Source: Candidatus Woesearchaeota archaeon
GTDB taxonomy: Archaea; Nanobdellota; Nanobdellia; Pacearchaeales; GW2011-AR1
NCBI GenBank assembly: GCA_964448605.1
Contig: CAYUZV010000002.1
Location: 39,804 to 103,803, forward strand
Length of the DNA stretch: 64,000 bases
Direction of reading: 5' to 3'
Every line of letters begins with the position of its first letter. The stretch's first letter is position 1. The notes under the pieces were generated by a model. That model saw only the letters and a list, made by a program, of their open reading frames with translations. It had not been told where the DNA came from and ran no database searches. The position numbers were made by a program, and so were the translations under genes. Shown here piece after piece: positions 1 through 9,821 of this stretch.

Positions 1-423
1 TCAGGAAAATTTGCTTCTCTTGAATATATTGAAAAAATACAAAAATTGAATCAACCAATAAGAGCTCCTCCTGAAGAAGGTTCTAAAGAGAGTTCTAAAA
101 ATGCAAATGCTTATAATAGTGAGATGGTAAATGCTATAAATAGAAATACTCGAGTTGTTAATCAATTAAGCCAACAAGTTCAAAGTCATCAAATGAGTCA
201 AGGTGCACAAGATGATGAAGGTGAATTAGTGCCTATACAACCTTCTTATCAAAAACAACCTTCTCAAGGAACTAATATTGATGTTGATGTTGGTGGATGG
301 AGAGGTTCTGTTTCTGATAATGAATCTTGTGATGAACCTGCTGGACCTTCTCTTGCACCTCCTGAAGGATTTCCACCTCAAAGAGTTGAACCTAATGAAT
401 TTCCTGCTCAACCAAGAAGGTAA
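1..423 (+). CDS. 3' part of a gene entering from the left edge; Pro/Gln/Ser-rich low-complexity C-terminus
   Basis: Frame 1 is open from base 1 to the TAA at 421-423. No recognisable domain. Confidence 0.35.
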   Translation, partial: SGKFASLEYIEKIQKLNQPIRAPPEEGSKESSKNANAYNSEMVNAINRNTRVVNQLSQQVQSHQMSQGAQDDEGELVPIQPSYQKQPSQGTNIDVDVGGWRGSVSDNESCDEPAGPSLAPPEGFPPQRVEPNEFPAQPRR

Positions 424-510
424 AACGAATTCTTAATTCATTATTTAAAAAATAAAAAAATCACCTCTAATTTCACTTGTGTGAAATTAAAAAAATAAAA
501 AAATAAAAAT

Positions 511-1887
511 TTAATAGTAGCTAGTTTCACTAACTTCTTCTGTTTCTTCAGGTCTTTTAGTTAATAGCACTATAAGGATTATTAATAGAACTACAAAAAT
601 TATAACTAAAACAACAGTCAGGATGAAAACAGTGCTGTTCTGGCCAATAGTTACACCATTGCCAGCACTTTCTTCAACATTAACTGTTAGTTGTTTTGTA
701 GTAACTAATTCTCCATCACTATTAACATTCAAGCTAACTACATGAGTGCCTTCGTCAGCACTTTCAGTTGCTTTAACTTTAACTTTTACAGTTTTGCTGT
801 CTTTTGAAGGAACAACTACAACAGGTTCTAAAACTTCAATTATTAAACCAGTTGATTCTGCAGGTGTTATTGTATAAACAGCTACATCTTCACTTGGATT
901 AACTAAAGTAACCTCGAAAGTTGTTTCTTCTCCAGGAGCAACTGCTTTTGATTCAGCAGAATAAACTCCTGTTGGAGTAGTATCCACAGCAATTCTTTTC
1001 TTAGCCATAACTGCAGTATCTACATTATAAGCTTCAACTTCTAAATTATAGTCACCAGGTGTAATTCCCTTTGGAAGAGTCAAATAGATTCTAACACTTT
1101 TTGTGTCATCCAAATCATCTTCCATGTTGTCGATGCATTCATCATAGCTATCATAGTCATAATAGTAACCACCCTCGCCATCATCAACAACATCAACAAG
1201 ATAATGTATATCACAATATGCTTCCACACTATCTTCTGGGTCTAAGTCACCAATCCACATTTTTCTCTGGATTCCTAACTCTGGTATTGAAGCCTTAACA
1301 TAAACATTTTCCAATCTGTCGTTTCCATTGTTTTCTACAACAACTTCAACTGGAATTGAACTTCCTGCAGTAGTCATAGTTGGTGAATCTATTGATAAAA
1401 CATTAAGGTGGTAAAGTTCTCTCTGAACATTTACAGGCAAAGAACATTCTAATGAATCTTCACCTTTAGCAGTAACTCTAACGAAAAGAAGAATCTCTTC
1501 GTCTAAGTCATCTAAGTCCATAGTTGAAGGCAATTTTAAATTGAAAGATTTTCTGTAAGTATTACCTTCCAGAACATGAAATCTTTCAGTTGAGTCAGAG
1601 ATTTCTGACTTATAACCTTCGATGTAAACTTTTACCTTAACATCATCCATGTCTTCTGTTGCAAGAAATTTTACTTCTACTGGAATTGTTTTTCCAGCTT
1701 CTCCAGCAACAACAACATCAATGATATCATCATCAACCTGAAGCCAGTCAAGAGCATATGAGATTCCGTCAACTTCAACATCTGTCAAACATGCGAAACC
1801 ATTACAACCATATGCACTAACTGTGCTAACTGCAAAAGCTAAAGCAAATAGTGCTAAAAACATACCTAAAATTGCTTTGCTTTTCAT
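511..1887 (-). CDS. surface protein with signal peptide, CARDB/Ig-like beta-rich repeats and C-terminal TM anchor
   Basis: N-terminal MKSKAILGMFLALFALAFAVSTVSA. C-terminal hydrophobic stretch VFILTVVLVIIFVVLLIILIVLL followed by an acidic tail. Confidence 0.6.
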   Translation of the reverse strand: MKSKAILGMFLALFALAFAVSTVSAYGCNGFACLTDVEVDGISYALDWLQVDDDIIDVVVAGEAGKTIPVEVKFLATEDMDDVKVKVYIEGYKSEISDSTERFHVLEGNTYRKSFNLKLPSTMDLDDLDEEILLFVRVTAKGEDSLECSLPVNVQRELYHLNVLSIDSPTMTTAGSSIPVEVVVENNGNDRLENVYVKASIPELGIQRKMWIGDLDPEDSVEAYCDIHYLVDVVDDGEGGYYYDYDSYDECIDNMEDDLDDTKSVRIYLTLPKGITPGDYNLEVEAYNVDTAVMAKKRIAVDTTPTGVYSAESKAVAPGEETTFEVTLVNPSEDVAVYTITPAESTGLIIEVLEPVVVVPSKDSKTVKVKVKATESADEGTHVVSLNVNSDGELVTTKQLTVNVEESAGNGVTIGQNSTVFILTVVLVIIFVVLLIILIVLLTKRPEETEEVSETSYY

Positions 1888-2014
1888 TGTTAAGGTTTTT
1901 AAAATTTAATTATTCATAGAACCTATAAGCCCTTTATAAAGTTTTCTATAGTGTAGTTATTTTAAAGTTACTACAAAATATAAAACTTTAAATAGTATAC
2001 CTGAGTATACTTTT

Positions 2015-2242
2015 ATGGCAGAAATAACAACCATAAAAATTGAAAAGAAGACAAAACAGAGATTAGAGAGGTTAAAAGAGCATCCAAGAGAGACTTATGA
2101 GCAGATTCTTAGGAAAGTTCTTTATATTCTTAATTTGTCGAAGAATAATCCTGAAAAGGCACAGAGAATTTTTAAAAAGATTGATTCTGTTATTAAAAAG
2201 AGAAAGTATACGGAGGTATCTGATGATGAAGAGAGAACCTAA
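2015..2242 (+). CDS. small ribbon-helix-helix-like protein (possible antitoxin)
   Basis: 75 aa. ITTIKIEKKTKQRLERLK looks like an RHH beta-strand plus helix. TATA-like tttaaatag about 25 nt upstream. Confidence 0.4.
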   Translation: MAEITTIKIEKKTKQRLERLKEHPRETYEQILRKVLYILNLSKNNPEKAQRIFKKIDSVIKKRKYTEVSDDEERT

Positions 2243-2579
2243 AACAAGGGGAATAATTTGGAATTATTCTAGTTTTTCAGAAAAAAAAGATTATCCAAAA
2301 ATGGAGTATACTATTCTTTGGATTTATGATATTTTTAAAGGAAGAGTAGAAGAATTTTTCTTTCATGATTTTATTCCTCTTGCAAATAAACCTAATATTT
2401 TGGGAAAGTGTGTTGAGTTTTATGAAAGGAAATTTAAATTTCTTGGTTGGAGAAATATTGAACAAAAAATTGTAAGAATTTCACCTACTAATGAAAGAGA
2501 AGATGATACTTGGAAAATCAGAAAACCTCTTTCTCAGGTAGATAAGGAAATAAATCATTATTTAGAAAATAGGGTTTGA
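2223..2579 (+). CDS. hypothetical protein (start uncertain, alternative ATG at 2301)
   Basis: Overlaps the end of the RHH gene, like a two-gene module. No recognised motif. Confidence 0.3.
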   Translation: MMKREPKTRGIIWNYSSFSEKKDYPKMEYTILWIYDIFKGRVEEFFFHDFIPLANKPNILGKCVEFYERKFKFLGWRNIEQKIVRISPTNEREDDTWKIRKPLSQVDKEINHYLENRV

Positions 2580-2618
2580 TGATTTGAGTTTAACAAAATT
2601 TAAATAGTCTTTTCTCTA

Positions 2619-4403
2619 TTGATAATTATGAAAAGAGGAGTAATGTTGTTAATTGTGCTTTTGATGATGTCTTTTGTTTTAGCAGATGAGAGTTTGTTTT
2701 CAGGTGCTTATGATTGTCTTGAAGATAGATTGGGAGATGATTGTGGAAATAGTCAGAATACTGAACAGATTGCTTTTAGTTTGTTGGCTATGGCTGGAAA
2801 TTCGGGTGTTAGAGGTGATTGTAAATCTGCACTTTTGGATAATGAGAAAGATGACTGCTGGGGAAAAACTGGTTCATCTGGATGCGATTTAAAATCTACT
2901 GCTATTTCAGTTATTGCTCTTAATCATATTGGTTCAAATACTGGAGATAGAATTGACTGGATTTTAGATTCAAAAAAAATTGCAAGTGGTTTGGATTGGT
3001 ATTTGGAGATTGATACAAATAATGAATCAGAGTGCAATATTGAGGTGAATGGTGATGAAGATGATTTTGTGATTAAGGAAGATAAAACAATTGTTGGGAG
3101 TTCGTCTTGTTTGAGTGTTTCTGATGATGGTTATTTTTTGAAGATTAAAAGTAGTTGTTATGATGAGAATTTTACAATTTCGTGTGATTCTGATTTTGTT
3201 AGTGCATTTTTTTATAAACAAGAGGATGGAGATGTTTATCATCTTTCTGGACAGACAAGTGCTTCATCTGCTTATGATAGTATTGAGAGTTCTATAAATT
3301 CTTATTGTTTTACTGATTCTTCTGGTAATTGTGATTATGAAGAAAGTTTGTGGGCTGTTCTTGCTCTTGCTAAGAAAGGCAAGGATATTAAGCCATATCT
3401 TGCTTATTTGTTTGCAGGTGCAGAAAAATCTGTTAATAAAAGATATTTTCCTTCTGCATTTTTGTATATGTTTACAAAAGAGGATGAATATTATCTGGAT
3501 TTAGCTGGGAGTCAGAAAAATGGGAAATATTGGGAAGAGGGTGGTGAAAGGTTTTATGATACTGCTCTTGCTTTGATGGCTCTTGATTCTTCTTCTGAAG
3601 AGTTTCAGAGTTCTCAGAATTATTTGATTTCTATTCAAGATGAATCTGGATGCTGGTCTGGAATTTTAGATACTGCTATGATTGTTTTTGCATTAAATCC
3701 AAGTGATGCTGTTGTTGGAGGTGGTGGGAGTGTTTCGGTTTCAAAATGTCTCGATTTTGGATTTTATTGTATTTCTGCTGAAGATTGTTCAGTGGGAAAT
3801 GTTTTGGATAATTATTTTTGTCCTGGATTAGGAAATGTTTGCTGTAATGTTCAACCTGCAGGAGAGAGTTGCTATGAAAAAGGAGGAATAGAGTGTAGAA
3901 GTGACCAGGAATGCAGTGGTGCAGAAGTTGTTGCATCTGATACAAATTATTGTTGTTTAGATTCCTGTTTAGTTGTTGAGGAAAATGAATGTGAAAACAG
4001 AGGTTATACTTGCAGGTTGGAATGTTTTGATGATGAAGAAGAGAAATCTGGTTATTCTGAATATTGTGATGCTGGAATTTGTTGTTCTGAAAAAGAAGAT
4101 GGAGGAGGTTGGTTTTGGGTTATAGTTTTAATAATATTGATAATTTTGGTTATTCTTGGAATAATTTTTAGAAAAAAATTGCAGGTTTGGTTTTTTAAGT
4201 TCAAGGGAGGTGTTAAATCTAAAAAAGCCCCTGGAAGACCTAAGCATCCTCCGAATGTTATGCCTTTTCAACCTCGCCCAAGTTATCCTGGTGCACCAAG
4301 GCATCCTTCAAGTAGAGTTCCTTCTGGAAGGGCTCGTAGAAATACTCAAAAAGATAAAGAGTTTGATGATGTAATGAAGAAATTGAAGGATATGTCAAAG
4401 TGA
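2619..4403 (+). CDS. secreted membrane-anchored protein: alpha/alpha-toroid (prenyltransferase/terpene-cyclase-like) repeats, three Cys-rich modules, TM, Pro/Arg-rich tail
   Basis: Signal peptide present. Repeats such as DCWGKTGSSGCDLKSTAISVIAL, ESLWAVLALAKKG, YDTALALMAL and GCWSGILDTAMIVFAL. TM WFWVIVLIILIILVILGIIF. Confidence 0.45.
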   Translation: MIIMKRGVMLLIVLLMMSFVLADESLFSGAYDCLEDRLGDDCGNSQNTEQIAFSLLAMAGNSGVRGDCKSALLDNEKDDCWGKTGSSGCDLKSTAISVIALNHIGSNTGDRIDWILDSKKIASGLDWYLEIDTNNESECNIEVNGDEDDFVIKEDKTIVGSSSCLSVSDDGYFLKIKSSCYDENFTISCDSDFVSAFFYKQEDGDVYHLSGQTSASSAYDSIESSINSYCFTDSSGNCDYEESLWAVLALAKKGKDIKPYLAYLFAGAEKSVNKRYFPSAFLYMFTKEDEYYLDLAGSQKNGKYWEEGGERFYDTALALMALDSSSEEFQSSQNYLISIQDESGCWSGILDTAMIVFALNPSDAVVGGGGSVSVSKCLDFGFYCISAEDCSVGNVLDNYFCPGLGNVCCNVQPAGESCYEKGGIECRSDQECSGAEVVASDTNYCCLDSCLVVEENECENRGYTCRLECFDDEEEKSGYSEYCDAGICCSEKEDGGGWFWVIVLIILIILVILGIIFRKKLQVWFFKFKGGVKSKKAPGRPKHPPNVMPFQPRPSYPGAPRHPSSRVPSGRARRNTQKDKEFDDVMKKLKDMSK

Positions 4404-4519
4404 TTTTTAATCATCTAAATATTTTTAAAATAAAATCTTATATTTCTTAATTATACAAATTTATCTAAAAATTAGAATTTTTCAGATACCTTTTTATAGT
4501 TTAATAGATATATTGAATT

Positions 4520-5785
4520 ATGAAAAGAGGTATGATGTTATTGGTTTGTATTTTGTTGTTTCCCTGTGTTTTGGGAATAGAGATTGATTTGTCAAAAGAT
4601 GTTTATTATCCTGGTGAGACTTTGCAGGCAGAAATAAGCGGGAATTTTGTTTCATTAAAATTAGAGGATATTGAGATTTACAAACTGGGAACTCCTCGTC
4701 CAATGCCTGTTATTTCTAATCTTGTTCGGAGAAATGGAATTTATTATTTTTATGCTGTTCTTCCGAATTCAGAAGGGAATTTTACAATTGAAATGAAGAA
4801 TATTAATTATTATGAAAATAAAATGATGGAGGCAGATATAAGCAGGAATTTTCTTGTTGAAAGATATGAAAGCAATGATTCGATTCTTTCTATTGAGCCG
4901 GGTTTTGTTTTGACTGATAGTGATTTTTTTGTGAATGTTAAGAGTCTGAAGGGAGCAAGAGATATTAAAGCTGAATTAATTGGAACAAATGAGACTCGTC
5001 TTTTGACATTGATTCCTTTTTCTGAAAAAAAGTTGAAGTTTTCTGTTTCAGAAATAAATGAAGATACTATTTTGAAGATTGAGGATTATTCTGTTAATAT
5101 TTTTTTGAATAAAAAAGGGAGTTTTGTGGAGGATAAGGATATTATTTTTTATCCTGCTAAGATTAAGGGTTCTGCTGTTGCTGATAAGAATTATTATTTT
5201 GAGGTTATAATGGAATATATTGGGAATGAGAATGTTTTGGTTCAGTTTGAAAAGAGTGAGAATATTGATGTTAGTCCGATTTCTGTTGGTGTTATTCCTA
5301 ATGAAAGGATTTTGTTGAATATTAGTGTTAGTATTCCTAAAAAGATTGAGGGTAATTTTTCAGAGGCTATTTTGGCAGTTTATGAAGATAAAGAGGAAAG
5401 ACTTCCGGTTGTTTTTGAGATTATTGAAGATGAAAGTGATATTAATCTTAATGGGACTTCGGTTAAGGGGGGGCTTGGTTGTTTGTCTCAGGGTGGAGAG
5501 GTTTGTTTAGAAAATGAAAAATGTGTTGGAGATATTACTCCGAGTTTAGAGGGCAGTTGTTGTATTGGAGAGTGTGTAGAGATTAAAGAATCTTATTGGC
5601 AGTATATTATTGGAGGAGTTTTAATTGTTGTTCTTGTTTTAATTATTGGTTTTCTTGTTTGGAGGGCTAAGAAAAAAGGAGGGATGGAATCTCCTAAGGA
5701 TATGTTGAAAAAGAGGACTGAAAAAAGTGAGGAAAAAATGTCTGGAAAATCTCAGGAAGTTAAAGGGAGTTTAGGAAAGGTTTAG
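4520..5785 (+). CDS. surface protein with signal peptide, Cys-rich membrane-proximal module and TM anchor
   Basis: N-terminal MKRGMMLLVCILLFPCVLG. Cys module CLSQGGEVCLENEKCVGDITPSLEGSCCIGEC followed by a TM helix and a basic tail. Confidence 0.5.
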   Translation: MKRGMMLLVCILLFPCVLGIEIDLSKDVYYPGETLQAEISGNFVSLKLEDIEIYKLGTPRPMPVISNLVRRNGIYYFYAVLPNSEGNFTIEMKNINYYENKMMEADISRNFLVERYESNDSILSIEPGFVLTDSDFFVNVKSLKGARDIKAELIGTNETRLLTLIPFSEKKLKFSVSEINEDTILKIEDYSVNIFLNKKGSFVEDKDIIFYPAKIKGSAVADKNYYFEVIMEYIGNENVLVQFEKSENIDVSPISVGVIPNERILLNISVSIPKKIEGNFSEAILAVYEDKEERLPVVFEIIEDESDINLNGTSVKGGLGCLSQGGEVCLENEKCVGDITPSLEGSCCIGECVEIKESYWQYIIGGVLIVVLVLIIGFLVWRAKKKGGMESPKDMLKKRTEKSEEKMSGKSQEVKGSLGKV

Positions 5786-5797
5786 AAATTTCTTCTA

Positions 5798-5989
5798 TCA
5801 ATTCATTGATGAAATCATTTTTTTAACTTCTTCATGTGAAATTTTATTCTCTCTTTTTCTTGCCTCTCTCAGTTCATTAATTGCCCAATCACTTAATTCT
5901 CCTTCTTCAAGTAGTGTGTTTTTAATCAAAGCTACATCCAAACTTAACTTTTCTATTTCATTTCTTAAATCTTTTAATTCTAATTGCAT
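5798..5989 (-). CDS. small coiled-coil protein, possibly addiction-module-component-like
   Basis: 63 aa. SDWAINELREARKRENKISHEEVKKMI resembles antitoxin-type C-termini. Weak call. Confidence 0.3.
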   Translation of the reverse strand: MQLELKDLRNEIEKLSLDVALIKNTLLEEGELSDWAINELREARKRENKISHEEVKKMISSMN

Positions 5990-6023
5990 TTTTAACTAAC
6001 TTATTTAATCTTTAAATAATTTT

Positions 6024-6494
6024 CTACTTATTCATCTCTTTTTCTAATTCTCTGCATCTTTCTTCTGATTCTTTTGCTCGGTTTTCTGCTTCTTTTAATT
6101 TTCCAAGAATATTTTGTCTTTCAATTAAAACACCTTTTGCAATTTCATCATATCTGTGCATTTTTACTGTGACATCTGTTAAAATTGAACTTAATTCAAA
6201 ATTTTTGAAATTGAATTCAGAGGGGCTTAGAATTTCCACATGAGCTGGAAACATGTTTAGGACAATTAATAAAAGAAGGTTTATGTCTTTGACTTCTATT
6301 TCAACTTCTGCAAAAGTTGTAAAAACACCTGTTTTTTGATTGTTTTCTTCAACTTCTTTTGGTTCTCTTATTTTGTTATTTAAAATAGTTACTCCTTCTT
6401 GCTCTCCGAGTTTTTTTATCATTTCTTCTAAGGATTTTATTATGTGTTCTGGTGGTTTTCCTAAGATTTCAAAAGTTAATAGTGATTTTATCAT
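6024..6494 (-). CDS. hypothetical cytoplasmic protein
   Basis: The ATG at 6494 directly follows the stop of the upstream gene at 6491-6493. The longer track ORF would overlap that gene. Confidence 0.4.
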   Translation of the reverse strand: MIKSLLTFEILGKPPEHIIKSLEEMIKKLGEQEGVTILNNKIREPKEVEENNQKTGVFTTFAEVEIEVKDINLLLLIVLNMFPAHVEILSPSEFNFKNFELSSILTDVTVKMHRYDEIAKGVLIERQNILGKLKEAENRAKESEERCRELEKEMNK

Positions 6495-7456
6495 TCTAAT
6501 TTCTCCCAGCTTATTAATAAACTTAAAATTACACAAAAAAGTGCAAATGCAAATATTAAGGATTTATTAATAATCTCTGATTTATTTTCATAGACAATTT
6601 CGCTTTTTATATTTTCTGTTTCTGAATTAGTTGTTTTGGTTTGAGATTTTCCGAGCTTAATGATTTTTTCAGATTCTGGTTTCTGGATTTCCTGAGTTTC
6701 TTCAGGTTTAGATATTTCAGGAATTATTTCTTTTCCATCATCTTCTAATATTTCAATATCATATTCTATTTTTTCATTGTCTATTTCACAGATTAGTAAA
6801 GCATCTCCTTTTACATCAGAGTCATCTTTTTGTATTCTCATTTTTATATCTCGAGTTTCTTTATCAGGACCTGTAAGAAAGTCAGATATTTTGCCAGTTT
6901 TCCATTCTTCCTCCCATTCAAATTCTGATATTTTTTCATTGTCCTTTTCAATCCATATTTCTAAATCATAATCTTTTTCTTTTAGATTTTCAGCTTTAAT
7001 TTCAATTTCAAATTTTTCTCCATTGACTATTTCATCTTCATCCCAGTATAATTCAAATATTTCATCTTCTTCGTATTTTATTGAAATTGATTTTTCAAAC
7101 TGCCATGAGTTTGTTGAATTTCTTAATTTTACAATTATTTTGTTTTCTCCATTGTATTTTTCAGTTATTTTCATCTGAAAGTTTTTGTTATTGGATTCTG
7201 TTAAATTAAATGCTTTTTCCATCCAGTAAGTTGAGGACTGCCATTTATCTTTCCAGAAAACTCTTGCTATGTGTTTTGATTCATTTAAAATATCTATTTT
7301 TACATCATAGATATCTTCTGTAAAATTAATTAGTTCTAAATTTATTTCAAATTCATCCTTGTAAATCACTTCATCAGGTGAATTTATGTTTATTTCCTGT
7401 GCTGTTGCTAAATGCAGGATTAATAAAGTGAAGATTATGATTGTCTCTTTTTTCAT
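6491..7456 (-). CDS. surface protein with signal peptide, acidic repeats and C-terminal TM anchor
   Basis: N-terminal MKKETIIIFTLLILHLATA. C-terminal LIFAFALFCVILSLLISW. Confidence 0.5.
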   Translation of the reverse strand: MKKETIIIFTLLILHLATAQEININSPDEVIYKDEFEINLELINFTEDIYDVKIDILNESKHIARVFWKDKWQSSTYWMEKAFNLTESNNKNFQMKITEKYNGENKIIVKLRNSTNSWQFEKSISIKYEEDEIFELYWDEDEIVNGEKFEIEIKAENLKEKDYDLEIWIEKDNEKISEFEWEEEWKTGKISDFLTGPDKETRDIKMRIQKDDSDVKGDALLICEIDNEKIEYDIEILEDDGKEIIPEISKPEETQEIQKPESEKIIKLGKSQTKTTNSETENIKSEIVYENKSEIINKSLIFAFALFCVILSLLISWEKLE

Positions 7457-7545
7457 ATAGGTGAAATAAAAAAAGGTTTTTAAGGGTTTTTGTTTTCTAT
7501 AATAATTTAGAAATTATTTAATTATTTTTAGATGATTTATCAAAT

Positions 7546-7914
7546 CTAAATAAATTTCCATTCATCATCCATTTGAGATAGAGTTTCCAGGTGTTCTTTA
7601 TCAACTCCTATTCTATAGTCATAACTACTTCCATAAAAATGGGCTTGTTTAGTTTCTGGATAAATTCTTGCTCTTCCCATTCCTCTTACTCTGTATCTCT
7701 CTCCTGTTAGTGATGGGATATTGGGTGTATCAAATCCATCAACTCTTTTGAATATTATCTATTTCAAATTGTCTTAAGATTTCTTCAAGAATATCGCAAT
7801 GATAATCGCCATTTTTTCCAATGACTAAATAAGGTTCAGAATCAATATTTATTTGAACAATTTTTGTTTTTCGGGGATTTTTTCATCAAGCCATTTAACA
7901 TTTTTTATGCTCAT
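7546..7914 (-). pseudogene. disrupted about 122-codon gene (two frameshifts)
   Basis: ATG at 7914. The sense continues across three frames: MSIKNVKWLDEK / NIDSEPYLVIGKNGDYHCDILEEILRQFEIDNIQK / DGFDTPNIPSLTGERYRVRGMGRARIYPE...DDEWKFI*. Both shifts fall in A-runs. Confidence 0.5.
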
Positions 7915-7955
7915 GTTAGTCTAGATTTTAGATATTTTTAAATATTTGTATTTAA

Positions 7956-8351
7956 TCATTTGAAAAACTGGGAGAATCTTTTGCCTTTTTTTCTTGCTGT
8001 TTCAAGATTTATTGTGAGATATTTTCCAGTGTCTTTTAGATATTTGGGTTGAATGAAAAACCATCCGAATCTGTTGAATCTTATTGCTATAACTGGTTTT
8101 AATCCAAAAATATCTGCGAAGATTACAAAATTCTCAATTTGTTTTTTGTCAATATATTTTACTGGTTTTTTTGTTGCTTTGACTTCAATGCAGTATTTTT
8201 TTCCTTTTTTTCCTGCGATTATATCGCAGTCTGCATTTTCCATTGTTCCTGAACCTGCGACTCTAACTGCTCTGAAACAATTATCTATAAAAATCTGATA
8301 TAATTCTCTTTCAACCTTAGAACCTTTTGATTTATTTTTTGGGATTTTCAT
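7956..8351 (-). CDS. hjc: Holliday junction resolvase Hjc
   Basis: 131 aa. GSKVERELYQIF...AVRVAGSG...DIIAGKKGKKYCIEVKATKK matches the archaeal Hjc E/D/ExK nuclease pattern. Confidence 0.8.
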   Translation of the reverse strand: MKIPKNKSKGSKVERELYQIFIDNCFRAVRVAGSGTMENADCDIIAGKKGKKYCIEVKATKKPVKYIDKKQIENFVIFADIFGLKPVIAIRFNRFGWFFIQPKYLKDTGKYLTINLETARKKGKRFSQFFK

Positions 8352-8381
8352 TCACCTTTTTATTTCTTAGGTAAAAATTGT

Positions 8382-8816
8382 TTATAATGTTTTTGTTCTC
8401 TTTATCAAAAATAAACTCCTCACTACTGCAATTAGAAATAAAATTGGGAAAATAATTATTCCTAAAATAAAGAAAAAGGGTTCGTCTCCTGATTGTCCCC
8501 AGAAATCTGGGCCAAAAAAATATATAAATAATCCATATATGAGATTGTGAATAATTATACTTATTAGAATTCCTGAAGAGGATATTCCTGTTAAAAGAAG
8601 GTAGGTTTTTAGTTTTCCTTTTATCTTTAATTTGAAAACAGAATAAATTAGTAAAATTCCTATTGCTGTGAAGGAGAGGGCTATTACTACAATTATTGGA
8701 AAAAGTATTCTTTTGAAATTTCCTTCAATTGGAATGAAAATGAATGAGATTATGATTAGAAATAAAATTAAAAGAATGTAACAAATTGATTTTATTAGGT
8801 TTGTTTTATTTTTCAT
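8382..8816 (-). CDS. polytopic membrane protein
   Basis: Four hydrophobic helices. Overlaps the upstream gene by 11 nt. Confidence 0.5.
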   Translation of the reverse strand: MKNKTNLIKSICYILLILFLIIISFIFIPIEGNFKRILFPIIVVIALSFTAIGILLIYSVFKLKIKGKLKTYLLLTGISSSGILISIIIHNLIYGLFIYFFGPDFWGQSGDEPFFFILGIIIFPILFLIAVVRSLFLIKRTKTL

Positions 8817-9387
8817 TTATTTTTAAGTAGATTAATGCTGAAATTGAACCAATTGTATTGAAAACCAAATCCCATGCATTGTTAAAATAATCACCTACTC
8901 CTCCTTGCGGAAATATTAGGACTGTTAGAAATTCTGCTATTTCATTTAATGAGCCAATTCCAATTGCTGATAAAAATATAAGAAGATAAAAACTTATTTG
9001 AGATTGTTTGAATTTGTCCTTGAAAATGTAGAAAAGAATTAAAGTTGCAAAAAAATAAAAGTAAAAATGTGCGAATTGGTCGAATCTTAGGACTGGTGTT
9101 CCTGCTTCAAATAATGGAATTAGAATTAGTGCATATAATCTATCTCCTGCAATGTTTAAACTTCCTCCAAGCATGTGCATAAGTCCCCAACCACTTGCAC
9201 CTGCTAAAATCCATGTTGGAAAATTGTATTTAAAATGGAATTTTGTTAAAAAAATCAGTAGAGCAATCATTATTGCTATGTAAAATAAAAATTCATAATT
9301 TCCATTTAAAATATAATAAAATGCAAATGCAATTATGTAAAGAATTGTTATCCAGAATATTAGAATCTGGGTTTTTGTAATTTTCAT
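8806..9387 (-). CDS. polytopic membrane protein
   Basis: Five to six hydrophobic segments. No confident family assignment. Confidence 0.5.
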   Translation of the reverse strand: MKITKTQILIFWITILYIIAFAFYYILNGNYEFLFYIAIMIALLIFLTKFHFKYNFPTWILAGASGWGLMHMLGGSLNIAGDRLYALILIPLFEAGTPVLRFDQFAHFYFYFFATLILFYIFKDKFKQSQISFYLLIFLSAIGIGSLNEIAEFLTVLIFPQGGVGDYFNNAWDLVFNTIGSISALIYLKINEK

Positions 9388-9575
9388 TATAAATCCCTCG
9401 CAAAAAGTGTTTTTCTTTGATTTGCTTTTGCTCTTTTTATTCCTTGTTTAATTAGTTCTTCTACTTTTCTTTCTAATTCAAAACCTACTTCTTCTGAAAT
9501 GTTGTTTATTGTGCTACTTTCGTCAAGTGCTTTAACAACCTCTTTTATTTTTGTTTTTACAATTATTCCAGTCAT
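9387..9575 (-). CDS. small histone-fold/DUF1931-like protein (tentative)
   Basis: 62 aa. EELIKQGIKRAKANQRKTLFARDL resembles the C-terminal helix of histone-fold proteins. Confidence 0.35.
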   Translation of the reverse strand: MTGIIVKTKIKEVVKALDESSTINNISEEVGFELERKVEELIKQGIKRAKANQRKTLFARDL

Positions 9576-9821
9576 AATAAAATAAAGTATAAGATATATA
9601 TAAATGTTGTTTTGATGGTTAGGATGTAGATCTTTTGGACATTATCTTTCCCTTTTACATCTAAATTTTGGAAACATTTGCTAAGCAAAATTTTTCTATT
9701 AATTATTATCTGTTAAATATTTTTATTTTTAATGAAATAATTTAAAGAATGATTACAGGCATTTGGGGCAAATAAATTATGAATTAGGATAATTTATAAA
9801 GATTATTTTCTTGTGTGAGGA

